Positions 29,268-39,688 of a DNA stretch of 64,000 nucleotides are shown here, one piece after another. Location: contig CAYFIW010000002.1 in assembly GCA_964343265.1 (NCBI GenBank), positions 823 to 64,822 of the forward strand, read 5' to 3'. A model generated the notes under the pieces. It did no database searches. It had not been told where the DNA came from and was given only the letters and a program-made list of their open reading frames with translations. The DNA is from an uncultured Dehalococcoidia bacterium (GTDB taxonomy: Bacteria > Chloroflexota > Dehalococcoidia > Lucifugimonadales > UBA826). Within the stretch, counting starts at the first letter, position 1, and each line of letters opens with the position of its first letter. The translations under genes were made by a program, and so were the position numbers.

Positions 29268-30470
29268 CTAATTGTGGAATCCAGTCTTTATTCTGTCCAA
29301 TATTGCATTACCTACTTCATATTTTGACATTAACGGTAATTTCTCAAGAGTTCCGTTTGCATGGATAATTGTTACTTTATTTGTGTCTGTCCCAAATCCA
29401 CTGTTCGCTTCATTTATATTGTTGGCAACTATAAAGTCCAGATTTTTTTGAGTTATCTTATAAGTTGCATTTTCTACAAGATCTTCGCTTTCTGCAGCAA
29501 AGCCTACTTTTATAAGCTTGTCTTTTTTTATGCTTGCGATTATGTCTGGGTTTCTGGTCAGTTCAACGACCCATTTATCAGAATTGCCCTTTTTTACTTT
29601 GACATTTGAGGGGTTTTCAGGTCTCCAATCCGCCACTGCAGCCGCCATAATTACGGCATCGGCCTCTAGTGTTTCTAATTGTAATTGTTGTTGCATTTCT
29701 ATAGCACTACGAATTTTTATCGTATGAACGCCAACTAAATTGGCGAGGTTGGTTTCAGCTGATATTAATGTTACGGAAGCTCCTCTGTCTCTTGCTGCTT
29801 CCGCTATCGCGTATCCCATTTTACCGGAGGATTTGTTTTTGATAGAACGGACAGAGTCTATGTCTTCTTGTGTTCCCCCTGCACTTACAACCATGTGCTT
29901 GCCTTCGAGATCTCCATTCTTACCTAATGTCATGGCTAATACACCAAGTAATTCCTCGGTTTCAAGTAACCTGCCTGTTCCCACGATACCTGACGCTAAC
30001 CTTCCTTCAGCAGGGCCGGCTATAAATAATCCTCGGGACATCAGGGTTGCAACATTATGTTGTGTAGCTTGATTGTTAAACATATTCCCGTCCATTGCAG
30101 GCGCAATTATGACAGGTGCTTTGGTGGCTAGTATTGTCGCACCTAAAGCATCATCAGATATACCACTTGCTATTTTTGCTATGGTGTTTGCGGTAGCAGG
30201 TGACACAATAACTACATCTGCTTGTTCTGCTAACGCTACATGGTTGATAGCAAGATCAGAGTCCAAGCTATATAGGTTTGTTATAACCCGTTGGTGAGTG
30301 ATGCTCTTGAATGCCAAAGGCGACACGAATCTCTGAGCCGATTCCGTAAGAATAACATCCACAATGGCACCAGATTGCGTCAGTTTACTTGCTAAATCTA
30401 GTGATTTGTAACAGGCAATGCTGCCAGTTACACCTAGGACAATTTGCTTATTTTGAAATGAAGATGACAT
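29268..30470 (-). CDS. coaBC: Bifunctional phosphopantothenoylcysteine decarboxylase / phosphopantothenate-cysteine ligase
   Basis: 400 aa. Flavoprotein N-terminal domain (GVTGSIACYKS...PAMDGNM). CoaB half carries SAGGTQEDID.VRSIKNKSSGKMG. Confidence 0.93.
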   Translation of the reverse strand: MSSSFQNKQIVLGVTGSIACYKSLDLASKLTQSGAIVDVILTESAQRFVSPLAFKSITHQRVITNLYSLDSDLAINHVALAEQADVVIVSPATANTIAKIASGISDDALGATILATKAPVIIAPAMDGNMFNNQATQHNVATLMSRGLFIAGPAEGRLASGIVGTGRLLETEELLGVLAMTLGKNGDLEGKHMVVSAGGTQEDIDSVRSIKNKSSGKMGYAIAEAARDRGASVTLISAETNLANLVGVHTIKIRSAIEMQQQLQLETLEADAVIMAAAVADWRPENPSNVKVKKGNSDKWVVELTRNPDIIASIKKDKLIKVGFAAESEDLVENATYKITQKNLDFIVANNINEANSGFGTDTNKVTIIHANGTLEKLPLMSKYEVGNAILDRIKTGFHN

Positions 30471-31235
30471 TTATGAACTGGGATCCTTATTGAGCTCGTG
30501 TACTATTTGTAGCCCTTTTAGAGTTAGGTCCGGATCTATTATGTCAAAAAGGGATACTTCTTTTTCCACAACTTGAGCCAATCCTCCAGTGGCGATAACC
30601 TTTGATTCTTTTCCAAGTTCAAGTTTGAACCTTCGGATCATACCTTTTACTAATTCTGAGTATCCGAGCACTAAGCCAGATTGAATCGAGTGCTGTGTGT
30701 TTTTACCTATAGCCCTATCTGGAGCTAATAATTCAACTCTTCTCAATTGTGACGTTGCTCTGAAAAGAGCGTCTGCAGACACGCCCATCCCTGGGGCAAT
30801 AGCTCCTCCAAGATATTCACTAGATGCTGTTATAGCATCAAAAACAGTCGCTGTTCCCAAGTCCACTATTATTGCGGGTCCTCCATACAAATGTACAACA
30901 GCCGCTGCATCCACGATACGGTCTGTTCCAACGTCTCTTGGACTGTCATACATTACCTTGATTCCAGTTTTGGAGCCGGCCCCTATTGTCAAAGGATTTA
31001 CTTTGAAGTATCTACGACATAAAACTTCAAATGTCGGTGTTAAAGGAGGTACTACACTACAAATCGAGACTTCATTAATTATTTTATTTGATCCGAGCAT
31101 GTTGCTGATTTGAAGGCCATATTCATCTGAAGTCCTGCTAGAATCTGTTGAAACTCGCCAAGTGTTTTGAAGTTTTTGGGCGTCGAATAAGCCGATTGTT
31201 ATGTTAGTGTTACCTATATCTATTGCTAGCAGCAT
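30471..31235 (-). CDS. coaX: Type III pantothenate kinase
   Basis: MLLAIDIGNTNITIG, VGTDR, DLGTATVFD and ATGGLA. Its stop abuts the coaBC start. Confidence 0.9.
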   Translation of the reverse strand: MLLAIDIGNTNITIGLFDAQKLQNTWRVSTDSSRTSDEYGLQISNMLGSNKIINEVSICSVVPPLTPTFEVLCRRYFKVNPLTIGAGSKTGIKVMYDSPRDVGTDRIVDAAAVVHLYGGPAIIVDLGTATVFDAITASSEYLGGAIAPGMGVSADALFRATSQLRRVELLAPDRAIGKNTQHSIQSGLVLGYSELVKGMIRRFKLELGKESKVIATGGLAQVVEKEVSLFDIIDPDLTLKGLQIVHELNKDPSS

Positions 31236-31255
31236 ATTGGATATTTTTTACGGAA

Positions 31256-32497
31256 TCACTTATTTTTGATCACGTAGTTTTTATCACGGGTCCAGTTTGA
31301 CTTTAATAACTTGCTTGCGCCAAGTAATTTGTCTATGGTCGGATATATAGAGTCTCGTAGCCTTTTAAATCCTAGTATCTTCGCAGCTTCGCGGGCAGCT
31401 GATTGACCGTAAATAGTTTCTTTATCTCTATTCTCCCATGCGTTATTTACCAGTACTTCCCAATCGTCAGGTATTGTGGATACTACGTCTGACTCTTCCG
31501 AGACGTCTGAAGAATGATCATTTTCGTAGAGGGGTTTCTCGAGTTCTACCGATTTTTGGTTGATTATTCTAGGGCTAACTCTGGGAGGTATAGGAATTAT
31601 GGACTTACTATCACCTTCTAACTTATTATTAGGGTCCATAGATTTGAGTGACACCGTAAAATCGGTTCCTTCATGGAGAGTTACATTTATTTCATCTCTT
31701 GAGAATAAAAATTCTCTAAAGGATCTATGACCCAGATCTCTGTAATTAAAGCTTGGATCGATTCTGGTCATCGTTTGAGCCAGTCTTGTTCCTAGTGCAT
31801 TACCCGCATCGTCCATGGTAGTTTCAACGGCTCTTGCCAATAATTTTGGTACGGAATCGGAATGAATGGTTCCTGAATCTGATGGGGCTCTTTTATTTCT
31901 ATAAGAAGGTCTCTTAGGTCCATTAGTTCTATGGCTTTGAGTCCTACCTACATCTAATCCCAAAAATATGTAACGATCGCAGGATTTCACCATTGTCGTT
32001 GAAGTCACATCCCGCCTTCCAGCCCCTATGACTGATTTGCCTGATCCACGCAGGTGATTAACCAGCGGTACGAAGTCGCTATCAGAAGAGACTATCACGA
32101 AGGTGTCTACTTGTGCGCTATGAAGTAGTTCGACTGCGTCAATGGTCAGCTTGATATCGCAAGAATTTTTCCCGGATCTGTTTCCTCTGTAATTATGAAC
32201 AGCTTCCACCCCTAGTTCAATTAGTACTTCTTGCCCTCTTCTCTGTGTTGACCAATCTGCATAGGCCCTTTTAACAATGATTCTGCCCATCCCTGATAAT
32301 TCTTCAACAAGGTTTTGCATGGAATCTATTCCGACGTTTTCGTAGTCTATTAATAAAGCTATATTTGAATCTGTCAAAAGTTGGTGATCTCCGGAATACC
32401 TCTGATCTAGAGGTTTTTCACTTAGGTTGGTTGCACGTATTTTAACGCCTGTTACTTTTACAGGGTCAGGTCTGGAGTTAATTACCTTAGAACACAA
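31256..32497 (-). CDS. NYN (LabA-like) nuclease-fold domain protein with OST-HTH/LOTUS-like modules
   Basis: 413 aa. NYN-like IALLIDYENV...DTFVIVSSDSDFVPLVNHLRGSGKSVIG. A basic linker. An HTH-like segment LGTRLAQTMTRIDPSFNYRDLGHRSFREFL. A second helical module at the C-terminus. The TTG start is uncertain. Confidence 0.75.
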   Translation of the reverse strand: MCSKVINSRPDPVKVTGVKIRATNLSEKPLDQRYSGDHQLLTDSNIALLIDYENVGIDSMQNLVEELSGMGRIIVKRAYADWSTQRRGQEVLIELGVEAVHNYRGNRSGKNSCDIKLTIDAVELLHSAQVDTFVIVSSDSDFVPLVNHLRGSGKSVIGAGRRDVTSTTMVKSCDRYIFLGLDVGRTQSHRTNGPKRPSYRNKRAPSDSGTIHSDSVPKLLARAVETTMDDAGNALGTRLAQTMTRIDPSFNYRDLGHRSFREFLFSRDEINVTLHEGTDFTVSLKSMDPNNKLEGDSKSIIPIPPRVSPRIINQKSVELEKPLYENDHSSDVSEESDVVSTIPDDWEVLVNNAWENRDKETIYGQSAAREAAKILGFKRLRDSIYPTIDKLLGASKLLKSNWTRDKNYVIKNK

Positions 32498-32623
32498 TTA
32501 TATCATTAGCTCGATTGCCTATATTAGAGTTAATGCATTTAATAAGGGTATTCAATAAAAACACATTAGATATATTTCCCAACTACCATTGATTGGCTAA
32601 CTGTTTGGGTAATCTGATTTTGT

Positions 32624-32653
32624 TTGAATACTAATACTCCTGAATGTTATAAT
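32624..32653 (+). promoter_or_regulatory. Candidate sigma70-type promoter for the moeB-like gene
   Basis: TTGAAT (32624-32629), an 18-nt spacer, then TGtTATAAT (extended -10, with TATAAT at 32648-32653). About 90 nt upstream of the ATG at 32742. Confidence 0.4.
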
Positions 32654-32741
32654 TTGCCTTCAAATCTAAAGTTCTTTAAACGTTTTAATAAGCCGGAATA
32701 TTAAAGTGTCTACGAATAGATTAATGTGAAGTTTTGAATAA

Positions 32742-33593
32742 ATGTTATCGGAGGGAAGAAATTTGGCTACTCAAGCTAAACCCAAGACTCTGACCCCATA
32801 TCAGGTTAGTAGATATAGCAGACATATAATCATGCCTCAGGTTGGAAGTGTTGGACAGAGGAAATTATTAGATGCCAAAGTATTGATGGTAGGGGCGGGA
32901 GGTCTAGGGTCTCCTATTTCTATATACCTAACTCTTGCGGGGGTCGGTACGGTAGGATTGGTGGATTTTGATGATGTAGATGTTACAAATCTACAACGCC
33001 AAATATTACATTTCAATGATGATATAGGCCGTCCTAAAGTGGTGTCGGCTGTTGAGACGTTGAAAGCCTACAATCCAGATACTGTTGTAAAGGTTCATGA
33101 AGAACCAATTTCCTCTGTTAATGCTATGGATATAATGGAAGACTATGACATTATTGTTAACGGTGCAGATAATTTTCCGACCCGTTATCTTGTCAATGAT
33201 GCAGCTTATTTATCAGGTAAACCCTTAGTAGATGGCAGTATATTGCTATTTGATGGGCAGGCAACGACATATTTGCCCGGGCAAGGATGCTACAGGTGTC
33301 TATTTCCTTCTCCCCCTCCTCCCGGCGAAGTACCTAGTTGTGCAGAAGCTGGCGTTTTGGGTATGTTGCCAGGCATGGTTGGGACTATACAGGCTACTGA
33401 AGTCGTAAAATTAATATTGGGAGTCGGAGATTCCTTGTCCGGTAAACTACTACTAATTGACGCTCTTAGTATGGATTTTCGTACCGTCAAAATAAGACGT
33501 AATCCAGAGTGTCCTCTTTGTGGGGATAACCCGTCGGTAACTGAGCTGATAGATTATGTCGCTTTTTGTGGCGGGGCACCTCTAACAGGTTAA
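32742..33593 (+). CDS. moeB: ThiF/MoeB-type E1-like adenylyltransferase
   Basis: YSRHIIMPQVG, GAGGLGSP, VTNLQRQ, and two CxxC pairs (CYRC, CPLC). No rhodanese domain. Confidence 0.85.
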   Translation: MLSEGRNLATQAKPKTLTPYQVSRYSRHIIMPQVGSVGQRKLLDAKVLMVGAGGLGSPISIYLTLAGVGTVGLVDFDDVDVTNLQRQILHFNDDIGRPKVVSAVETLKAYNPDTVVKVHEEPISSVNAMDIMEDYDIIVNGADNFPTRYLVNDAAYLSGKPLVDGSILLFDGQATTYLPGQGCYRCLFPSPPPPGEVPSCAEAGVLGMLPGMVGTIQATEVVKLILGVGDSLSGKLLLIDALSMDFRTVKIRRNPECPLCGDNPSVTELIDYVAFCGGAPLTG

Positions 33594-33636
33594 ACACATC
33601 CAGTCTCCGGATATGATTTTGCTGAGGGGAATCTAG

Positions 33637-34503
33637 TTAATTAATCTCTACATGTTCGCTAGGATATACCTTCTTGTAGAAATCTCTCTCCTCGTCCGTA
33701 ATTTCTTGGGGCACTATAGGTCGTATTATTGCATATAAGTCGCCATGATTTTTGGGGGTTTTTAACAATGGCATGCCTTTTCCTGACAATCGAAATTTTT
33801 GTCCATTTTGGCAAAACTCCGGAATCTTTAATAAAACATTTGTTTCGTTTAATGTAGGAACTTTTATCTCTCCACCAAGAACAGCTACAGCGAATGGGAT
33901 GGCTATATCTGTGAACAAATCGTTTCCGTTTCTCTGGAAATCAGGATTCTTATCTACTGTGATTCTTATCTTGATTTCCAAATCTGTTTCTGGCCTCAAT
34001 GTAATAATTGAACCGTTGTCTACTCCTCTCGGAATGGTGACCTCTATGACTCTTTGCCGTCTGCGGTATTCGAAGCTCAGGTTTTTAGTTGTCCCGTAAT
34101 ATGCCTGATATAGGCTAACTGAGAAATCAGTGTTCATAACCCGACGACTGGGCTTTCTGAAATTTGATTCACTAGAAAACCCACCGAACAAATCACCTAA
34201 GTCTTCAATTCTGAAGGAGGAATTATTATTATGACCTGACCCTGTAAACGGATTTCTGTAGTTGCCATATTTATGATTTTGTTCCACATTTTTCCAATTT
34301 GGACCATACTTATCATATTTATTTCGTGATACTTGATCCGAAAGAACTTCATATGCTTCATTTATTGACTTGAATTTTTCTTCCGAATTGGAATTGCCAG
34401 GATTCAAATCTGGATGGAACTTTCTGGCCAAAGACCTGTAGGCTTTTTTTATATCTGCTTGGCTTGAGTTACGATCAATGCCCAATTCCTTGTAATAATC
34501 CAT
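33637..34503 (-). CDS. J-domain co-chaperone lacking the Zn-finger (CbpA/DnaJ class II-like)
   Basis: Start set at the ATG at 34503 (MDYYKELGI...). J domain with HPD (KFHPDLNP). DnaJ_C-like beta domains. No CxxCxGxG repeats. The track N-terminal extension to 34617 looks non-coding. Confidence 0.8.
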   Translation of the reverse strand: MDYYKELGIDRNSSQADIKKAYRSLARKFHPDLNPGNSNSEEKFKSINEAYEVLSDQVSRNKYDKYGPNWKNVEQNHKYGNYRNPFTGSGHNNNSSFRIEDLGDLFGGFSSESNFRKPSRRVMNTDFSVSLYQAYYGTTKNLSFEYRRRQRVIEVTIPRGVDNGSIITLRPETDLEIKIRITVDKNPDFQRNGNDLFTDIAIPFAVAVLGGEIKVPTLNETNVLLKIPEFCQNGQKFRLSGKGMPLLKTPKNHGDLYAIIRPIVPQEITDEERDFYKKVYPSEHVEIN

Positions 34504-34714
34504 AAAAATTCCCATCTTTTTTAAAAAACTAGTTATTAAATTAGTCTCCACATATGATATATCTATAGCAAATAAATGAATATATATAGTTATAGTAGAT
34601 ACCCTAATTTTGCTCATTCAAATCTCTTGTATGTTAAATATTTGCCCTTGTTTGCGGCTGCTATAATTTGTCTAATATTAGTTATAACCTGCTTATATTA
34701 GGAGATAAATACAG

Positions 34715-35278
34715 TTGAAGATTTACACTAAAACTGGAGATGAAGGAAAGACGGATTTGTTTTTCGGCGGTAGAGTTTCAAAGAATGATCCGAGATGTGA
34801 AGCGTATGGTGAAGCAGATCTAGTTGTGTCAGCAATGGGATTGGCGAGGTCACTATGTGTGTCTCCTGAAGTTCGGACCATATTGATTTCTCTCCAGAAT
34901 GAAATGTTTACTGTTGGGGCAGAATTAGCAACTTTGCCTGAAAACTATGCGGCTATGAAAGAACATTACAAAATTGTTTCTCCAGAGATGGTTAAGAATA
35001 TTGAAGAAATAATTGATGACTTGGATTCAAAGGTTTCGTTGCCACCTAAATTCATACTTCCAGGGGCTTCACCAGGTTCGGCTGCTCTAGATCTAGTTCG
35101 GTCTTCTCTAAGATCTGCTGAACGAAGAATCATTGCTCTCTTTGAGTCAGGTGACCTGGAAAACAACACAATCTTAGAATATGTTAATAGGTTGTCTGAC
35201 TTGATGTTTATGCTTGCAAGATATGAAGACAGAGAATTGCCAATTGAGGTGATAACTGGACAGAGAGTCGAAGATTAG
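34715..35278 (+). CDS. PduO-type ATP:cob(I)alamin adenosyltransferase
   Basis: TTG start. MKIYTKTGDEGKTDLFFGGRVSKND is the typical PduO/MMAB N-terminus. Confidence 0.85.
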   Translation: MKIYTKTGDEGKTDLFFGGRVSKNDPRCEAYGEADLVVSAMGLARSLCVSPEVRTILISLQNEMFTVGAELATLPENYAAMKEHYKIVSPEMVKNIEEIIDDLDSKVSLPPKFILPGASPGSAALDLVRSSLRSAERRIIALFESGDLENNTILEYVNRLSDLMFMLARYEDRELPIEVITGQRVED

Positions 35279-35294
35279 GGTGGGTAAATAAAAA

Positions 35295-35921
35295 TTGAAA
35301 CCTACGATTTCGATTATAGATTATCAAGCTGGCAATTTGAGAAGTGTTCAGAAAGCGTTAGAAAAATGTGGAGCGAACGCAGTCATATCTGCTGATCCAG
35401 AAACAATTATCAACTCTGACGCAGTGGTGTTTCCTGGACAAGGCGCTTGCGATACATCAATGACGAATTTAAAAAACACTGGCTTAGATAATGTTGTTAA
35501 AACCATTATTGAATTAGGGACTCCGTTTCTTGGAGTTTGTTTAGGGTTGCAGCTTTTGTTGGATCATTCTGATGAAGGTAATGAGCCGTGTCTCGGTGTA
35601 ATTGGAGGAAGAGTAGTCTCACTCCCTAGCAGCGGAAAAATTCCTCATATGGGCTGGAATGAGGTGAAAGTGATATCAAAGCACCCTGTTTTTGCGGGTA
35701 TGCCGGAGAATGGACATTATTATTTTGTACATAGTTATGTAGCAGTTCCAGAAGATCACAATTTGATTGCAGCTACTACTTCATACGGTATTGAATTTTG
35801 CAGCGCAGTTGCTTTCAAAAATGTCGTTGCGGTTCAATTTCATCCGGAGAAGAGTGGGGAACTTGGCCTTCAACTTTATAAAAATTTCGTCAACTTTGTT
35901 GATGAATTGAGGAGAGTTTAA
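35295..35921 (+). CDS. hisH: Imidazole glycerol phosphate synthase, glutaminase subunit
   Basis: TTG start. IIDYQAGNLRSV, the catalytic Cys in GVCLGLQ, and QFHPEKS. Confidence 0.93.
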   Translation: MKPTISIIDYQAGNLRSVQKALEKCGANAVISADPETIINSDAVVFPGQGACDTSMTNLKNTGLDNVVKTIIELGTPFLGVCLGLQLLLDHSDEGNEPCLGVIGGRVVSLPSSGKIPHMGWNEVKVISKHPVFAGMPENGHYYFVHSYVAVPEDHNLIAATTSYGIEFCSAVAFKNVVAVQFHPEKSGELGLQLYKNFVNFVDELRRV

Positions 35922-35926
35922 ATTCT

Positions 35927-36643
35927 ATGGAGGTTATACCAGCGATAGACATTAGAGGGGGTAGATGCGTCCGTCTTTTTCAAGGAGATTATGAAAAAGA
36001 GACTGTGTATTCTGATGACCCTGTAGAGACTGCAAGGCGTTGGGTGAATGAAGGCGCTACGAATTTACATGTTATAGATCTTGATGGAGCCAAAGACGGT
36101 ATAGCCTCTAACCAAACTCATATACAAAATATTTGTCGAAAGACCGAGGTCAGAGTCCAGGTTGGTGGAGGAATCAGATCTTTGGAGATAGCGAATCACT
36201 ATAAGGAATTGGGAGTCTCAAGATTAATTCTTGGCACTACAGCAGTGGAGTCACCAGAAATAATCTCTTCTATAATTGATCTACATGGAAGTGAGTCGGT
36301 AATAATTAGTGTCGATGCCAAAGATGGTTTCGTGGCATTGGATGGATGGACTAGAGGAAGCAAAGTAACTGTTAAAGATCTTATACGCTCTATGACCGAA
36401 TACGGTGTCGTACGTTGTATGTACACGGATATAACAAGGGATGGAACATTGACAGAACCGAACTTTCAGTCAATTGAAGACATCGTAAATGAAACGGACA
36501 TGAAAATAATTGCGGCGGGCGGAATATCTACTGTGAAAAGCATAAAACATCTAGATGAATTAGGGGTGGAGGCAGCAATTGTAGGTAAGGCCATTTACAC
36601 AGGGGATCTTAGCCTCAGAGAAGTTCTAAATGCGGTAGAATGA
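35927..36643 (+). CDS. hisA: ProFAR isomerase
   Basis: VIPAIDIRGGRCVRL.QGD, VGGGIRS and GKAIYTG. Confidence 0.93.
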   Translation: MEVIPAIDIRGGRCVRLFQGDYEKETVYSDDPVETARRWVNEGATNLHVIDLDGAKDGIASNQTHIQNICRKTEVRVQVGGGIRSLEIANHYKELGVSRLILGTTAVESPEIISSIIDLHGSESVIISVDAKDGFVALDGWTRGSKVTVKDLIRSMTEYGVVRCMYTDITRDGTLTEPNFQSIEDIVNETDMKIIAAGGISTVKSIKHLDELGVEAAIVGKAIYTGDLSLREVLNAVE

Positions 36644-36685
36644 TGGCCTGTTTGAATATATTTAATCGAGTAAAGAGGATTTCTT

Positions 36686-37249
36686 GTGGCTACGTTGTCT
36701 AATAATCAAAAATATAAGATTAGGCCAGAACCGGGTGAATTAGATATTTATCATATTATGTCGCTTCTTCCGGTTATGCCATACCAAGAAATTGCGGATG
36801 TTTGTTGTGGCGAAGGTACTTTGTCAGTTCCTTTAGGGAAGTTAGTTTACAGAGGGAAAGTTACTGCATTAGACACGGTAAAAAAAGATCTCACTGCTGC
36901 TAGGAAGCAACTAAAAAATATTCGTCTAACTAATGTCAAAGCCTCACATATTTCAGATGAAACATCACTACCGCTCAAAGATGAAAGTATTGATGGAGCA
37001 ATGGCTTCATTTTTTTATCAGGCTTCTAAAAATCCTCAATCTATTTTGAAAGAACTTGCGAGGTCGTTGAAGAAAGGTGGTTGGATTGCATTAATCGAAT
37101 GGCAAAAAGAGTTTGGAGAATCCGGTCCTCCAGAGCAGAAAAAAATTTCTCCAGAGAAATGTAGAGAAATTGCTGAAAAAGAAGGTTTTAGATTTTACAT
37201 CAGGCATGATTTGTCCGACATGGCATACATGCTGCTGTTAAGAAAGTAG
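36686..37249 (+). CDS. Class I SAM-dependent methyltransferase
   Basis: GTG start. Motif I-like IADVCCGEG and a post-I acidic residue (ALD). About 187 aa. Inserted between hisA and hisF. Confidence 0.75.
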   Translation: MATLSNNQKYKIRPEPGELDIYHIMSLLPVMPYQEIADVCCGEGTLSVPLGKLVYRGKVTALDTVKKDLTAARKQLKNIRLTNVKASHISDETSLPLKDESIDGAMASFFYQASKNPQSILKELARSLKKGGWIALIEWQKEFGESGPPEQKKISPEKCREIAEKEGFRFYIRHDLSDMAYMLLLRK

Positions 37250-37272
37250 CTTTGTGAGGTTCGACTTCCAAA

Positions 37273-38112
37273 ATGCTGACAAAAAGAATCATACCTTGTC
37301 TAGATGTGGACGATGGACGGGTTGTGAAAGGCGTCAGTTTTGTAGATTTAAGAGATGCAGGAGATCCTGCTGAGCTAGCATATTTCTATGACTCAGAGGG
37401 TGCTGATGAATTAGTATTTTTGGATATCACTGCCTCTTCTGACAACAGGAACACAATGGTTGAAGTAGTGCAGGCTGTTTCAAATCAAGTATTTATACCA
37501 CTTACTGTCGGAGGAGGGATACGTGCTGTTAAGGACGTTAGAAAGATGCTGGAGGCGGGGGCTGATAAAGTCTCTCTAAATACGGCCGCTATTAATACTC
37601 CTTCGTTAGTGTCAGAGGCTTCAAAATATTTTGGTAGTCAATGTATTGTTGTTGCTATAGACGCAAAAAAGACGATATACAAATCTGACATTGAAATACA
37701 AGGTAATGAAGAATGTTCTCATGATTTGTTGTGTGATTTTGATTCACGATGGGAAGTCTATACGCATGGAGGTAGAAATCCTGCCGGTTTTGATGTGGTG
37801 AAGTGGGCTAAGAGAGTTGCAGATATGGGTGCGGGAGAAATATTACTGACTAGTATGGATTCCGATGGACATGAACGTGGATATGACTTGGCTCTTTTAA
37901 ATGCTGTCACTAATGCTGTAAATATTCCGGTCATTGCTAGTGGGGGAGCCGGGACACTTGACCACATGCTGCATGCCATAGTGGAAGGTGGTGCTGACGC
38001 GGTGCTTGCTGCCAGTATATTTCACTTCGGGACTTACACGATAAGCGAGGCTAAAGAGTTTCTTAGTTTCAATAATATCCCGGTACGGCCATTTTCGAGG
38101 GAGAAAATTTAA
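37273..38112 (+). CDS. hisF: Imidazole glycerol phosphate synthase, cyclase subunit
   Basis: [30 protein letters not shown] and ASGGAG. Contains a ~26-aa insertion after AIDAKK. Confidence 0.95.
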   Translation: MLTKRIIPCLDVDDGRVVKGVSFVDLRDAGDPAELAYFYDSEGADELVFLDITASSDNRNTMVEVVQAVSNQVFIPLTVGGGIRAVKDVRKMLEAGADKVSLNTAAINTPSLVSEASKYFGSQCIVVAIDAKKTIYKSDIEIQGNEECSHDLLCDFDSRWEVYTHGGRNPAGFDVVKWAKRVADMGAGEILLTSMDSDGHERGYDLALLNAVTNAVNIPVIASGGAGTLDHMLHAIVEGGADAVLAASIFHFGTYTISEAKEFLSFNNIPVRPFSREKI

Positions 38113-38741
38113 TGGCAATAAAAATCTTTTTGGACTTTAAAGGACTGATTCCTGCAATCGTTCAACATGAGGAAACTAAAGAAGTCCTGATGTTGGGATA
38201 TATGAACCAGGAGTCATTAGATAAGACTTTAGAGACCGGAGACGTCTGGTTTTTTAGTAGGAGTAGGAATCAACTTTGGCATAAAGGGGAAACTTCTGGT
38301 AATTATTTAAGGATGGTAAGTATATCAAGGGATTGTGATGGTGATGCTTTATTGGTTAAGGCATTGCCGGCAGGACCTACATGCCATATGGGAATGCCAA
38401 GCTGTTTTGATCATGGTAGGGTCGATTCTCTAGTTGAATTCGAACGAATGCCTTCAGGAGTATTTGTTATAGAAGAACTATTCCAAGTTGTACAAAGCAG
38501 GAAGATTAATTCACCTGACGGTAGTTATACGGCTCAATTACTAAAGGGAGACATAAATCGCATAGCCCAAAAGGTGGTGGAGGAGGCTGGCGAGGCGGCT
38601 ATTGCAGGGGCAACGTTAAGAAAGAATGAACTGGCAGAGGAGTTGGCCGACCTTTACTATCACACACTTGTTTTATTGGCGGCAAGCGACATGTCTTTCA
38701 CTGAAGTTTGCAAGATTCTTGAGGATCGAAGGACTGTATAG
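38112..38741 (+). CDS. hisI: Bifunctional phosphoribosyl-AMP cyclohydrolase / phosphoribosyl-ATP pyrophosphatase
   Basis: The HisI part carries LIPAIVQ...[16 protein letters not shown]...DCDGDALL. The HisE part carries SYTAQLL...KVVEEAGEA. The start overlaps the hisF stop by 1 nt. Confidence 0.92.
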   Translation: MAIKIFLDFKGLIPAIVQHEETKEVLMLGYMNQESLDKTLETGDVWFFSRSRNQLWHKGETSGNYLRMVSISRDCDGDALLVKALPAGPTCHMGMPSCFDHGRVDSLVEFERMPSGVFVIEELFQVVQSRKINSPDGSYTAQLLKGDINRIAQKVVEEAGEAAIAGATLRKNELAEELADLYYHTLVLLAASDMSFTEVCKILEDRRTV

Positions 38742-38748
38742 TAAGTCT

Positions 38749-39627
38749 CTAAGTTAAGTCTTTGTCGGCTTCCACTGCAGCTGTCATTGCTGATATTGCT
38801 ACTTCTATCTGTGCGTCGTCAGGTTGTCGCGTAGTAAGTTTTTGTAGCCAAAGGCTCGGAGCCATAATCAGGCTAACCATAAAGTTTTGAGAATATTTAC
38901 CACTTAGTCTTATTACCTCGTAACTGAGTGAGGCTATGACAGGTATGAGCACTATTCTTGAGATTATTACCATCCAAAATGGGTCCCTGGGTACCAATGT
39001 AAAAACTATAATGGCAATGATCATTACTGTTAGAAGAAACGCAGTTCCGCATCGTGGATGGGCAGTTGGATATTTTCTGATTTCGGCAACAACCAATGGG
39101 TCTCCTTTTTCCATTGCATGGACAGTCATATGTTCGGCCCCGTGGTACATGTAAACTCTACGTATATCACTCATTAGTCCTATGCCAAATATATACATAA
39201 CAAAAATCACTAATCGTAAAACACCTTCTACAACGTTGCTTATTATGTCTGACCCAAACAAACCTTCAAAAGGTTTACTAGCTATCAGCGGCAGGAGGAA
39301 AAATAATGCTATCGCTATCAAAACAGAGAATCCGATCATTGACGCTATGGACAGCTTGCTAATCTCCTCGTCAGATTCCCCATCAGAAACACTTGCTGAG
39401 TATGATAGTGAGTCCATCCCAAGGTATAGAGTTTCAGCTAATGCTAAAATGCCTCTAATTAATGGAAATCTTCTTAGTTTTCCAGTAAAAATTTCACCTA
39501 TTGGTTTTACTCTGGTTTGTATTTTTCCTTGAGGGTTACGAACGGATGTAGTCACATTATTTTGACCACGTATCATCACGCCCTCAATGACTGCTTGTCC
39601 ACCGTATGTGTTTTTTGTATTACTCAT
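38749..39627 (-). CDS. DUF1385 (YqhQ-like) integral membrane protein
   Basis: 292 aa. YGGQAVIEGVMIRG at the N-terminus, YHGAEH, and several TM helices. This family is commonly found next to rpmE. Confidence 0.75.
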   Translation of the reverse strand: MSNTKNTYGGQAVIEGVMIRGQNNVTTSVRNPQGKIQTRVKPIGEIFTGKLRRFPLIRGILALAETLYLGMDSLSYSASVSDGESDEEISKLSIASMIGFSVLIAIALFFLLPLIASKPFEGLFGSDIISNVVEGVLRLVIFVMYIFGIGLMSDIRRVYMYHGAEHMTVHAMEKGDPLVVAEIRKYPTAHPRCGTAFLLTVMIIAIIVFTLVPRDPFWMVIISRIVLIPVIASLSYEVIRLSGKYSQNFMVSLIMAPSLWLQKLTTRQPDDAQIEVAISAMTAAVEADKDLT

Positions 39628-39637
39628 CTTCCCAAAT

Positions 39638-39668
39638 AAAAAAAGGTGAGACTTATCTCACCTTTTTT
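39638..39668 (-). terminator. Intrinsic terminator downstream of rpmE
   Basis: GGTGAGA (39645-39651) pairs with TCTCACC (39656-39662) around a 4-nt loop. A 7-A run on the plus strand gives a U-tract on the minus-strand transcript. A T run lies on the other side. Confidence 0.8.
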
Positions 39669-39688
39669 ACACTTATATTTCTTTCTAA

